32,000 bases of DNA from Corynebacterium amycolatum. Its GTDB lineage: Bacteria; Actinomycetota; Actinomycetes; Mycobacteriales; Mycobacteriaceae. The notes under the pieces are model-generated. The model made no database searches. It saw only the letters and a program-made list of their open reading frames with translations, and was not told where the DNA came from. The position numbers and the translations under genes are program-made. This document shows positions 8,441-16,123 of the stretch, in pieces. The first letter of the stretch is position 1. Each line of letters begins with the position of its first letter. The stretch lies in assembly GCF_049243625.1 (NCBI RefSeq), contig NZ_CP046975.1; one strand, given 5' to 3'.

Positions 8441-8491
8441 CAGCAAAACCCCGCACCAGCTCCCCTGTGAAAGTGGGGTGCTAATGCGGGG
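8441..8491 (-). terminator. Rho-independent terminator of the small MT0933-like gene
   Basis: Minus strand reads CCCCGCA-TT-AGC-A-CCCC [ACTTTCACA] GGGG-A-GCT-GG-TGCGGGG followed by TTTTGCTG. That gives 14 Watson-Crick pairs plus 2 G-U pairs. The hairpin starts 16 nt after the stop at 8508. Confidence 0.75.
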
Positions 8492-8507
8492 TGAAAAGCT
8501 CTGTAGC

Positions 8508-8675
8508 TTACTTTTCGTCGCCCAGGCGCTCGTCTGCCATGTCGCGAGCCTTCTTGATCTGGTCGGCCTTGTCCTCGCCGAGCTTCTCCTTGCCTAGCTG
8601 CTCAGCCTTGTCCAGAACCTTATCGGTGTTCTCTTCGTTGCTCAGTGCTTCCTTGGCCTTGTCCATAAGTCCCAT
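8508..8675 (-). CDS. Small charged protein, MT0933-like 'antitoxin' family (55 aa)
   Basis: Start moved to ATG 8675 (MGLMDKAKEALS...), preceded by GGAAGGAGA at good spacing. The pattern MG..DKAK....(n)DK..D.....G.DK.DQ is typical of the actinobacterial MT0933-like family, recognised by eye. Confidence 0.7.
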   Translation of the reverse strand: MGLMDKAKEALSNEENTDKVLDKAEQLGKEKLGEDKADQIKKARDMADERLGDEK

Positions 8676-8817
8676 GGTGAAGTCTCCTTCCATTCGTAAT
8701 GTCTACTCGCGTTTTTTCGTTTGTGACATAGAGTGTACCGATGAATTGGTGACCTTGCGACCGTATTGGCCCCACGGAGTGAAGTTGATATTCGACTAGC
8801 AACACCGTGACTGACAG

Positions 8818-10215
8818 TTATTGAGCTGTTTTGGTGCGGGCTTCATCTGCCTTGTGCATGACATCGCGCTCGTACTTGCCGACGAAAATCATGAGGACAA
8901 ACGCTATAGCGACAACGCCAATGAGGGTCGCGAATGTAACATTCCAGCCTGCGAAGTCGATCAAGAGGCCGACACCAGTGGAGGCGAGTGTTGCGCCGAG
9001 AAGGTATCCAAACAATCCAGTGAAACCAGCTGCGGTTCCCGCAACATACTTAGGCGAGAGGTCGATGGCCTGCAGTCCGATAAGCATGATTGGACCGTAA
9101 ATGAGTGCGCCGATCAGGGAGATGAGCACGTAGAACATCCACAATGGTGCCGTGGCGGGTAGCTGCCAATATGCGAAAATGGTGATGCCGGTGCCAACCA
9201 GGAAGAGCATGCCGGCGCCTGAGCGCCAACCCTTGAAGACCTTGTCGGAGACCCATCCGCACAGCAGGGTGCCAACAATTGCTGCGCCCTCGTAGAGCAT
9301 GAATCCGATGATTCCGCCCGTGACGTTGGTCTTGTGCAATTCGTTTGTCAAGTAAATCGGAATCCAGTTAAGAACTCCGTAACGGAGTGCGTAGACGAAT
9401 ACATTGGCAAGTGCCAGCATGACGATAACCGGATTGGTAAGAACATGGTTCTTGACGATTGTGAACCAGGGTTCTTGTGCCTCGTCATTAGTTCCTTCGA
9501 CTTTGTCCGGGTCGTTACGGTATTCCTCGACCGGAGGCAGGCCCATGGATTGCGGGTTATCTCGAATCAGCAGGAATGCGATGGCGGCAATCGCGAGCGC
9601 GACAATTGCCGGTAGCCAGAATGCGGGAGTCCAGTCGGCGTCGGAAGTGGCGAACGAATGCAAGCCCCAGGCTGCCAGAGCACCGCCGACGGCGGCGCCG
9701 ACATTGTGGGCAGTGTTCCAGATCGACATCAAAGTGCCGCGCTCGGATGTCGAGAACCAGTGGACGACAACTCGTCCAGAGGGAGGCCAGCCCATGCCTT
9801 GGAACCAACCATTGATGAACATGACTGTCGCGAATATTGCAACAGAGGCGCTGATGGCTGGGACGAACGCAACAAAGAGGTTTACGACCGCGGACAGTGC
9901 TAGGCCAAGTGGGAGGAAGTACCTGGCATTGGCTCTGTCGGAGAGCATGGCCATGAAGAATTTGGATAGGCCGTAGGAGAACAGAACTGCATTGGCTACG
10001 ATGCCGATTCCGGCTGCGCCAAGTAGGTCGTGCTTTTCCAGTACGGCGGACACCAGGGGGATGTTATTTCTGATGAGGTAGAAGCCCGCGTAGCCGATGA
10101 AGATGCCCATGAAGACGTTGAATCGCCAGGTCCGGTAGGTCGGGGCAATTTTTTCCTCGGGGAGGGGAGCTGCTGGGCCGGGTGCGCTGAGCCAGCCGAG
10201 CCTCTGACTGCTCAT
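8818..10215 (-). CDS. glpT: MFS organophosphate:phosphate antiporter, glycerol-3-phosphate transporter
   Basis: The 465-aa ORF aligns by eye along its whole length with E. coli GlpT. Shared segments include PTYR..R...F.GIF.GYA.FYL.R.N, GWFQGMGWPP.GR and YGP.MLIGL.A..L.PK..AGTAAGFTGLFGYL. AAAGGA RBS is present. Confidence 0.9.
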   Translation of the reverse strand: MSSQRLGWLSAPGPAAPLPEEKIAPTYRTWRFNVFMGIFIGYAGFYLIRNNIPLVSAVLEKHDLLGAAGIGIVANAVLFSYGLSKFFMAMLSDRANARYFLPLGLALSAVVNLFVAFVPAISASVAIFATVMFINGWFQGMGWPPSGRVVVHWFSTSERGTLMSIWNTAHNVGAAVGGALAAWGLHSFATSDADWTPAFWLPAIVALAIAAIAFLLIRDNPQSMGLPPVEEYRNDPDKVEGTNDEAQEPWFTIVKNHVLTNPVIVMLALANVFVYALRYGVLNWIPIYLTNELHKTNVTGGIIGFMLYEGAAIVGTLLCGWVSDKVFKGWRSGAGMLFLVGTGITIFAYWQLPATAPLWMFYVLISLIGALIYGPIMLIGLQAIDLSPKYVAGTAAGFTGLFGYLLGATLASTGVGLLIDFAGWNVTFATLIGVVAIAFVLMIFVGKYERDVMHKADEARTKTAQ

Positions 10216-10412
10216 AATGACAGTCCTTTCGCTGAAGGCCGCCGTTGCCTCTAATGCAACCTGTGCGGATGCTTAGGGCAGCAGGCGGAGAGCTTTATCG
10301 TTTCAGCGTTGAGTTTACAGAGACTTCAGTCTCTATTAATGGGGCGTTAACCTCCCGGCCTTGGGGGTCTTTGAGGGGGGTTGGCGTAAAAGCAATTAAT
10401 GCTTGTCACTGC

Positions 10413-10757
10413 CTAGAGAATGTCATTAATTGCCTCGGTGGGGCGCGCCATCCTTACCCCCTTATTGGTGACGACAAACGGGCGCTCAATCAGGCGTGGG
10501 TGTGTGACCATTGCGTCCAGCAGTTCCTCGTCGCTGGAGTCCTTAGAGAGTCCCAGTTCCTTGAACTCTGCTTCCTTGGTGCGCACGGCATCGATGACGT
10601 TCAGGCCGGCCGTCTCGATTAGCGAGCGCAGCTCGGTCTTGGTTGGAGGAGTGTCTAGGTACTTGATGATCTCCGGCTCGATTCCGGCCTCGCGTAGTAC
10701 GGCGAGAGCTTGGCGGGACTTTGAGCAGCGGGGGTTGTGGTAAATCTTCGCTTCCAT
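10413..10757 (-). CDS. arsC: Arsenate reductase, glutaredoxin-coupled ArsC family
   Basis: Start moved to ATG 10757 (MEAKIYHNPRCSKSRQAL...), with GGAG upstream. Product is 114 aa. Contains the catalytic-Cys motif YHNPxCSKSR and resembles R773 ArsC throughout. The upstream 25 codons of the track ORF look non-coding. Confidence 0.85.
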   Translation of the reverse strand: MEAKIYHNPRCSKSRQALAVLREAGIEPEIIKYLDTPPTKTELRSLIETAGLNVIDAVRTKEAEFKELGLSKDSSDEELLDAMVTHPRLIERPFVVTNKGVRMARPTEAINDIL

Positions 10758-10880
10758 GTCTCCATCATGGCTGATGTTGTGGTGTGACGGTTGACGGAGC
10801 GGCGTAACTGTATGTGGTGAGACCTTGTTCATTATTTATCTTGAAGGGCCGTAAAGCCAACAACACTTAAGTTCAATAGG

Positions 10881-10909
10881 TTGAAAATAGTTGTCGTTAG
10901 GTTTACTCT
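10881..10909 (+). promoter_or_regulatory. Candidate mntA promoter overlapped by the box TGAAAATAGTTGTCG (10882-10896). Promoter: -35 TTGAAA at 10881-10886, 17 nt spacer, -10 TACTCT at 10904-10909.
   Basis: Read from the sequence. The box is 13/15 identical to the 8387-8401 box. Promoter assignment is tentative because it implies a 5' UTR of about 115 nt. Confidence 0.45.
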
Positions 10910-11032
10910 CGCACGTGATAGATGAACGGCGAAGTGCGCCCCAACCGCCCCTAAGGTGACCAGATTTACTGAAGCGGCCGGTCAGCGTAGCCGTCGTAAA
11001 GCAATAACAAACAATCAAGAGCGGACACCAAC

Positions 11033-12163
11033 ATGACAATTTCCGGAAAGCTTTCGCGATCAGCTAAGTCCATGTGTGCGGGCCTTTCGATCTTGCTAGC
11101 GGGCGCTGGCCTTGCAGCGTGTGGCGATGGCAGTGAGGGAGCCAGCGGCGAGAACCCAATCAACGTCGTGGCTTCCACGACACAGATCTGTGATTACGTG
11201 AAGCAGCTGGACATCGATGAAGTTGATTTGACCTGTCTGTTGGCGCCGAATGCAACAGCACATGAGCTGGAAATGACCCATGAGCAGCTGACCAAGACTG
11301 GTAACGCCGATCTCTTGTTCGTCAACGGAGTCGATTTGGAGCACTTCCTGGACCAGGCGATTGAGTCCTCGGGCTTTTCCGGAACGATGGCAGTAACCAG
11401 TGGCGTTCTCACTGCAGGTGACGTAGATGCCATGAAGGCAGCCAAGGACACGGACAAAACCAAGCCGCTGCCACCAGAGAAGGCGAAGAATGGTAACTAC
11501 ACCATCGACCGAGGGGTGGAAAAGATTGATGTCGCCCCATGGCCATTCCCGCCGGAAGAACCCGGTGAGGAGGCGGAATTCCGCTTCGATCCGCATGTAT
11601 GGACCTCGCCGAAGAACGCCAAGGTTCAGGTTGCCAATATCGGCTACGCACTGGAACAGGTCGCTGAGGAACGTGGCGACAATGAGCTGAAGTCCACCAT
11701 CGCCGACCACGTTGCGGCCTACCAGGACAAGTTGAATCAGCTGGATGAGTGGGCAAATAAGTCCATCGCCACCGTGTCGGACCCTGTGCTGTTTACCAGC
11801 CACGATGCCTTTGGATACTTCTCCCACGAGTTCAATATCAACTTCATCGGTGCAGCGCTGTCTGATTTCAACGAGCAGCAGGATGCCACGGTCGCGCATA
11901 TCGCCGAGGCGGCAAAGACCGTGAAGGACTCGGGTGCAACTGCGCTGTTTGCGGAGAACTCGAACAACTCGAAATCAATTGAGGCGATCGCTAAGGCCGC
12001 AGGTGTCAAGGCCATCGTTGGTGAGGACGCACTCTACGGCGACTCCCTTGGTCCGGCTGGCAGTGATGGCGAAACCTACATCGGTTCCATCATCCACAAC
12101 GTCACTCAGGTTGTGACGGCATGGGACGGAACTGTCGCGCCGCTGCCAGAGGGCATCAAGTGA
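11033..12163 (+). CDS. mntA: Metal ABC transporter substrate-binding lipoprotein (cluster A-I, ZnuA/TroA/MntA type)
   Basis: 376-aa ORF with lipobox GLAAC. Metal-site contexts are TAHELE, FDPHVW and TSHDAFGYF. It is the first gene of a five-gene unit with the same order as C. diphtheriae mntABCD-mntR. Confidence 0.85.
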   Translation: MTISGKLSRSAKSMCAGLSILLAGAGLAACGDGSEGASGENPINVVASTTQICDYVKQLDIDEVDLTCLLAPNATAHELEMTHEQLTKTGNADLLFVNGVDLEHFLDQAIESSGFSGTMAVTSGVLTAGDVDAMKAAKDTDKTKPLPPEKAKNGNYTIDRGVEKIDVAPWPFPPEEPGEEAEFRFDPHVWTSPKNAKVQVANIGYALEQVAEERGDNELKSTIADHVAAYQDKLNQLDEWANKSIATVSDPVLFTSHDAFGYFSHEFNINFIGAALSDFNEQQDATVAHIAEAAKTVKDSGATALFAENSNNSKSIEAIAKAAGVKAIVGEDALYGDSLGPAGSDGETYIGSIIHNVTQVVTAWDGTVAPLPEGIK

Positions 12164-12186
12164 GCCGTAACCACTTAGCTAACCCC

Positions 12187-12855
12187 ATGTCTGCCGAGCC
12201 CATAGTCACGCTCCGCGATGCCTCATTCGGCTACACGGCGGTACCCATCGTCAATCACATCACCGCCAATGTCGCGCCGGGTACCGGGCTTGCACTCATC
12301 GGCGCCAATGGCTCTGGAAAAACGACTGTGCTGCGCGGAATCCTGGGTGGGACTCGTATTCTCGCTGGTGAGATGCACAACAACGCGAAGATTGTGTCCT
12401 ACGTCCCGCAGTCGGCAGACCTCGATCGCACTTTTCCGGTCACGGCTTTCGATGTCGTCGCCATGGGGGTGCTGCACGAACTGCGCCCCTTCCAACCGCT
12501 TGGACACCGCAAAGAACGCATCCACGCAGCGCTAGCCAAAGTCGGGCTTGCCGACCGCACCAGTGAACGTTTCGGCAACCTCTCCGGTGGTCAGCAGCAA
12601 CGCGTTCTGTTGGCGCGTGCCATCGTCGCACGTCCGCAACTCGTGCTTCTCGACGAGCCGTTTAACGGCCTCGACGCTGAAAATCGGGCGATGCTGCTGA
12701 ATCTCCTCAACGAACTGAAGGAAAATGGCACGGCAATTATCGCGGCCACCCATGATCTCGTGCTTGCCGAGGAAACCTGCGAAAACACATTAATCGTGGC
12801 GGAGCAGCCAGCTTTTGGTGCGACCTCGAAGTTGGTGCCAGCCTATGTGGACTGA
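12187..12855 (+). CDS. mntB: Metal ABC transporter ATP-binding protein
   Basis: Walker A is GANGSGKTT, signature is LSGGQQQRV, Walker B is VLLDEPF. Start placed at ATG 12187. A GTG at 12160 forming a GTGA overlap with the mntA stop is an alternative. Confidence 0.85.
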   Translation: MSAEPIVTLRDASFGYTAVPIVNHITANVAPGTGLALIGANGSGKTTVLRGILGGTRILAGEMHNNAKIVSYVPQSADLDRTFPVTAFDVVAMGVLHELRPFQPLGHRKERIHAALAKVGLADRTSERFGNLSGGQQQRVLLARAIVARPQLVLLDEPFNGLDAENRAMLLNLLNELKENGTAIIAATHDLVLAEETCENTLIVAEQPAFGATSKLVPAYVD

Positions 12856-13675
12856 GCTTGCGAATGAGCTTGGGGTAGCGCCTTTCATGTTCAGGCCACT
12901 AGTGCTGCTGATTGCCCTCGGGGCGGTCTCTGGCCTGGTCGGTGTCATCGTGAACCTGCGTGGCCTCGAGTTCAATGCGGAGGCCATGGTGCATTCTATT
13001 TTTCCCGGAATTGTGGCCGGTGCCGTATTCGGCGGCATCGACATGATTATCCCGGTGGCTGCAGCATTTGCGGTGGTAGTGGCAGTAGCACTGACCTTAG
13101 TATCGCGCTCGCACATGTCGGAAGCTGGAGTAGCAGTCGTACTGACCAGCTTCTTTTCCATCGGCGTGATTCTCTCGCTGAAGAAAGGTGACCAGTCAGG
13201 ACAGCTGGAAGCGCTCATGTTCGGGCGACTGCTGGAAGTCACTGACTCCCGTCTCACCAGCGCCCTGATTGTCTGTGCCATCGCCTTGGTTCTTATCGCA
13301 GTGACCTGGCGCCAGCAGGTGTTTGTTGCCTTTGATCGCTTCGGTGCCAAAGCCGCAGGCGTCAATGTGTGGGGCGCCGACCTCACCATTAACGCGGCGA
13401 TTGCTGCGGTCGTGGTGTCGTCGGCAAGCGCAGTGGGCGTGCTGCTGGTAGTCGGATATCTGGTCGTGCCGGGAGCGGCGGCGAGACTGCTGACTCGCCG
13501 AGTTCATGTGATGGTGCCGATCGCGATTGCAGTGGGCTGCCTCAGCGGAATCGTTGGTTTGGCACTGGTGCCTTTGGGGCCGGTGTCGCCTCAGGCAGTC
13601 GTCGCGCTGACCTCGGTGGGACTGTATTTCATGGCACTGGGGCTGCGCGTCGTGCTGGGAGGCGACCGTGTCTAG
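12845..13675 (+). CDS. mntC: Metal ABC transporter permease (ABC-3 family)
   Basis: Polytopic membrane protein. ATG 12845 (MWTELANELG...) overlaps the end of the ATPase gene by 11 nt. The track start at 12815 is probably over-extended. Confidence 0.85.
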   Translation: MWTELANELGVAPFMFRPLVLLIALGAVSGLVGVIVNLRGLEFNAEAMVHSIFPGIVAGAVFGGIDMIIPVAAAFAVVVAVALTLVSRSHMSEAGVAVVLTSFFSIGVILSLKKGDQSGQLEALMFGRLLEVTDSRLTSALIVCAIALVLIAVTWRQQVFVAFDRFGAKAAGVNVWGADLTINAAIAAVVVSSASAVGVLLVVGYLVVPGAAARLLTRRVHVMVPIAIAVGCLSGIVGLALVPLGPVSPQAVVALTSVGLYFMALGLRVVLGGDRV

Positions 13676-14486
13676 CATCCTGATTTTGCCAATTATCGAA
13701 CTGATACTGGTAGGAGCCCTGGCTGGAGTAGTTGGGGTGCTCGCGGTGCTGGGAAAACAAGTGTTCTTCGCAGAAGCGATTACACATGCGACTTTTCCCG
13801 GCGCGGTTGTGGGCGTTGTTATTGCGGCAGCGCTCGGCCTGAGCCACTCGTGGATTTCGGTGTTCCTCTTTATCGGAGCATTTCTGATGTGTATTCCGAT
13901 TGGGGCGCTGTTCGGTCTGTCAAAGGTGGGAACGACGTCCTCGGCGGCGGGAATTGTGCTGACATTTGGGTTCGCACTGGGCTACTTCCTGAACAAGTGG
14001 TTCGCCCCGTTGCCGGTGAAGGTAGAGAGTTTCCTGGTCGGCAGCGTACTCAACGTGAACAAGATTGATATTGCGCTGTCCGGTGGCCTCTTGCTGCTGG
14101 TGGCGTTGGTGCTGGTGGCTCGGTGGCGGCAGCTGATTTACTTCACCTTCGACCCGGAGTCTTTCGGAGTCGCGCATTCGAGGAGAAAAGCACAGCTGGT
14201 CATCAGCGGGCTCATCGTTCTGACTCTGGTGGCGCTGATTCCGGCTGTCGGCACGATTCTATCCATCGCGCTGCTAGCTGCCCCGGCAGCTGCGCTCGTT
14301 GGGGTAGTGAACGATACCCGTTTGCTATTCGTGTTGGCGCCATTGATGGGTATCGCGATTGGCCTGGTGGGGCTATTCATTGCGGTGGCGGCGAATCTGT
14401 CAGTTGGTGGCTGCATTGGTGTATGCGCCGGCTGTTTCTATGTCCCCCTCAAGATTGCGTCAACACGCAATAGCGCTAGAGTTTGA
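13668..14486 (+). CDS. mntD: Metal ABC transporter permease (ABC-3 family), second subunit
   Basis: 272-aa polytopic membrane protein, paralogous to the preceding gene. Its GTG start overlaps the upstream stop by 8 nt. Confidence 0.85.
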   Translation: MSSILILPIIELILVGALAGVVGVLAVLGKQVFFAEAITHATFPGAVVGVVIAAALGLSHSWISVFLFIGAFLMCIPIGALFGLSKVGTTSSAAGIVLTFGFALGYFLNKWFAPLPVKVESFLVGSVLNVNKIDIALSGGLLLLVALVLVARWRQLIYFTFDPESFGVAHSRRKAQLVISGLIVLTLVALIPAVGTILSIALLAAPAAALVGVVNDTRLLFVLAPLMGIAIGLVGLFIAVAANLSVGGCIGVCAGCFYVPLKIASTRNSARV

Positions 14487-14489
14487 AGA

Positions 14490-15182
14490 ATGCACGTGGA
14501 GGATTTACCAGCAAAGACCCAGGACTACCTCAAGGTCATTTGGGATTTGCACGAGCGCACCGGTGAAAAAGTGGCACTTGGCGACGTCGCTGAGCGGATG
14601 GGCGAAAAGAAGCCCACCGCCAGCGAGGCTGTAAAGAAGCTAGCTGCACGTGGCCTTGTCAACCACGAGCCGTATCGGGGCATTAGCCTGTCGGACCGTG
14701 GGCGAGACATTGCGCTAATCATGGTGCGTCGCCACCGGTTGATTGAAAGCTTCTTGGTCTCGACTCTGGGATACACCTGGGATGAGGTTCACGAGGAAGC
14801 CGAAAAGCTTGAACATGCGGTCTCGGATGATTTCATTAGTCGCATTGATGCAATGCTGGGATTCCCTGAGCGCGATCCGCATGGCGATCCAATTCCCAGC
14901 GCAAGCGGTACCATCGCCAGCGCAGTGCGCACCGACCTGACGGATATCGAAGCCGGCGCGATGGTGGTAGTCGATCGCATTAATGACTCCGACCCTGAAC
15001 TACTGCGCTATTTGGCGACATCAGGGGTAGGACCGGGGACTGTGCTCCGAGCCGAAGCCGCACCATATGCAGGCATGCATGTCTTTGCCATCCTCGATGA
15101 GGTGGACGATACCGAGCCAAAGAAAATTCATGTGGCAGACTCGGCACTATGGGCAATCAAGGCGACTCCAACAACGAACTGA
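14490..15182 (+). CDS. mntR: DtxR-family metal-dependent transcriptional regulator with C-terminal SH3-like/FeoA domain
   Basis: 230-aa ORF with an N-terminal winged HTH (QDYLKVIWDL...VALGDVAERMG). Contains the DtxR-family helix RRHRLIESFL and the E.LEH....RDPHGDPIP metal-site segment. It is the terminal gene of the ABC operon. Confidence 0.9.
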   Translation: MHVEDLPAKTQDYLKVIWDLHERTGEKVALGDVAERMGEKKPTASEAVKKLAARGLVNHEPYRGISLSDRGRDIALIMVRRHRLIESFLVSTLGYTWDEVHEEAEKLEHAVSDDFISRIDAMLGFPERDPHGDPIPSASGTIASAVRTDLTDIEAGAMVVVDRINDSDPELLRYLATSGVGPGTVLRAEAAPYAGMHVFAILDEVDDTEPKKIHVADSALWAIKATPTTN

Positions 15183-15592
15183 CGAGGGCCGCAGCGCGCT
15201 CTTACTATAAGGTGTCGCGGAATCTCACTGGGCCAACTAAAGTGCCACCCGCACCGTCAGTTTCGTTCGACAGCGTGAAGAGTGCTCGTCGACAGGCATA
15301 TGCCAGTGTCGAGAGCGTTGATGTGCCACTCAATGCCATCGCTATCTCGCCTGCTGAGCAGCAGGAACACATGGCTAATCTCGAACGCCGCTTGAATGCC
15401 TCGACCAAAGATATGCGGGCACTGCTGGACTACGAAGAGCAGCGCATTGCGGTCACTAGCACCGTCAAAGAGGCAATCGTCTATACGTTGCTGGCAATAC
15501 TCCTTTTGGCAGCAGCCATCGGACTTGGCTACGCCAGCCACCTGGGGGCCGATGCGATTTTGAATGCTGCGGCGGAGGTGACGCCGCGATGA
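15149..15592 (+). CDS. Hypothetical protein with a single C-terminal TM helix
   Basis: 147-aa ORF with coding-like codon usage and one hydrophobic helix (AIVYTLLAILLLAAAIGLGYA) near the C-terminus. Start is uncertain: ATG 15149 overlaps mntR by 34 nt, an in-frame GTG lies at 15212, and neither has a clear RBS. Confidence 0.5.
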   Translation: MGNQGDSNNELTRAAARSYYKVSRNLTGPTKVPPAPSVSFDSVKSARRQAYASVESVDVPLNAIAISPAEQQEHMANLERRLNASTKDMRALLDYEEQRIAVTSTVKEAIVYTLLAILLLAAAIGLGYASHLGADAILNAAAEVTPR

Positions 15593-16110
15593 GTAAACGC
15601 TCAGGCTCCGACAACGGGTGCGCGACGGTCATTGTCGTATTTTTCTTCTTCGGCCTGATTGTTCAGCTCTTCGGTGTCACGCTGTGGATTCTGCAATATG
15701 CATTGCCAGTTGCGGGCTTGGTGCTTGCGATTCTCATTGCATACCAGGCGTGGGTCGGTGTGCGCCGCAGCGCTGAGGCGCACGAGCTCGCCGAGCGTAA
15801 TCACGCTGAGCTACAGCAGATTGCCATGGACACCGAGTACCAGCTCACCGCAATCCTCTCTGCCTGGGACAACGTGAACACCACAATGGGGGTCGGCACC
15901 ATCTACAAAGATGTATTTGCCTCCGGAGAGGCTACGCCGGAGCTCATCGAACTACGCGGTGAGCTCTCTCGAGCTCGAAAGCTAAACAACCGACTGCGCG
16001 AGCAGCGCGAAACTATGACTAACCGGGAGCTGGTGGAAGCCATCTCTGATGCCGACGAGCTCTGGTGCTCGCTGACGAAGACGTATCAGAACGCTCGTCG
16101 CGAGCTGTAG
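15589..16110 (+). CDS. Hypothetical membrane protein (two N-terminal TM helices, helical charged C-terminal domain)
   Basis: 173-aa ORF. Forms an ATGA start/stop overlap with the preceding ORF, with GGAGG 10 nt upstream. I recognise no family. Confidence 0.6.
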   Translation: MSKRSGSDNGCATVIVVFFFFGLIVQLFGVTLWILQYALPVAGLVLAILIAYQAWVGVRRSAEAHELAERNHAELQQIAMDTEYQLTAILSAWDNVNTTMGVGTIYKDVFASGEATPELIELRGELSRARKLNNRLREQRETMTNRELVEAISDADELWCSLTKTYQNARREL

Positions 16111-16123
16111 TAACGCACTTGAA

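Noticed and set aside
7456-8484. 342-aa plus-strand ORF, the longest unassigned ORF in the track
   Set aside because: It is entirely antisense to the FecCD permease. Its Ala/Arg/Ser/Thr/Pro-rich composition, with no hydrophobic core or motifs, is the usual shadow frame of a GC-rich membrane-protein gene. It has no RBS.
10390-10404. AAGCA-ATTAA-TGCTT hairpin just after the arsC stop as a terminator
   Set aside because: The stem is 5 bp and AT-rich with a very short U-tract, so it is too weak to call.
10897-10915. DtxR-box-like half site TTAGGTTTACTCTCGCACG upstream of mntA
   Set aside because: Only the left half (TTAGGTT) matches the 19-bp DtxR palindrome TTAGGTTAGCCTAACCTAA; the right half does not. 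The adjacent TGAAAATAGTTGTCG box, repeated at the other promoter, is the better operator candidate.
11096-11899. 267-aa minus-strand ORF. The same reasoning applies to 12790-13389 (-), 13196-13678 (-), 24595-25314 (+) and 25873-26490 (-).
   Set aside because: All lie antisense to genes with clear family assignments (mntA, mntC, pntA and the hydrolase) and show shadow-frame composition.
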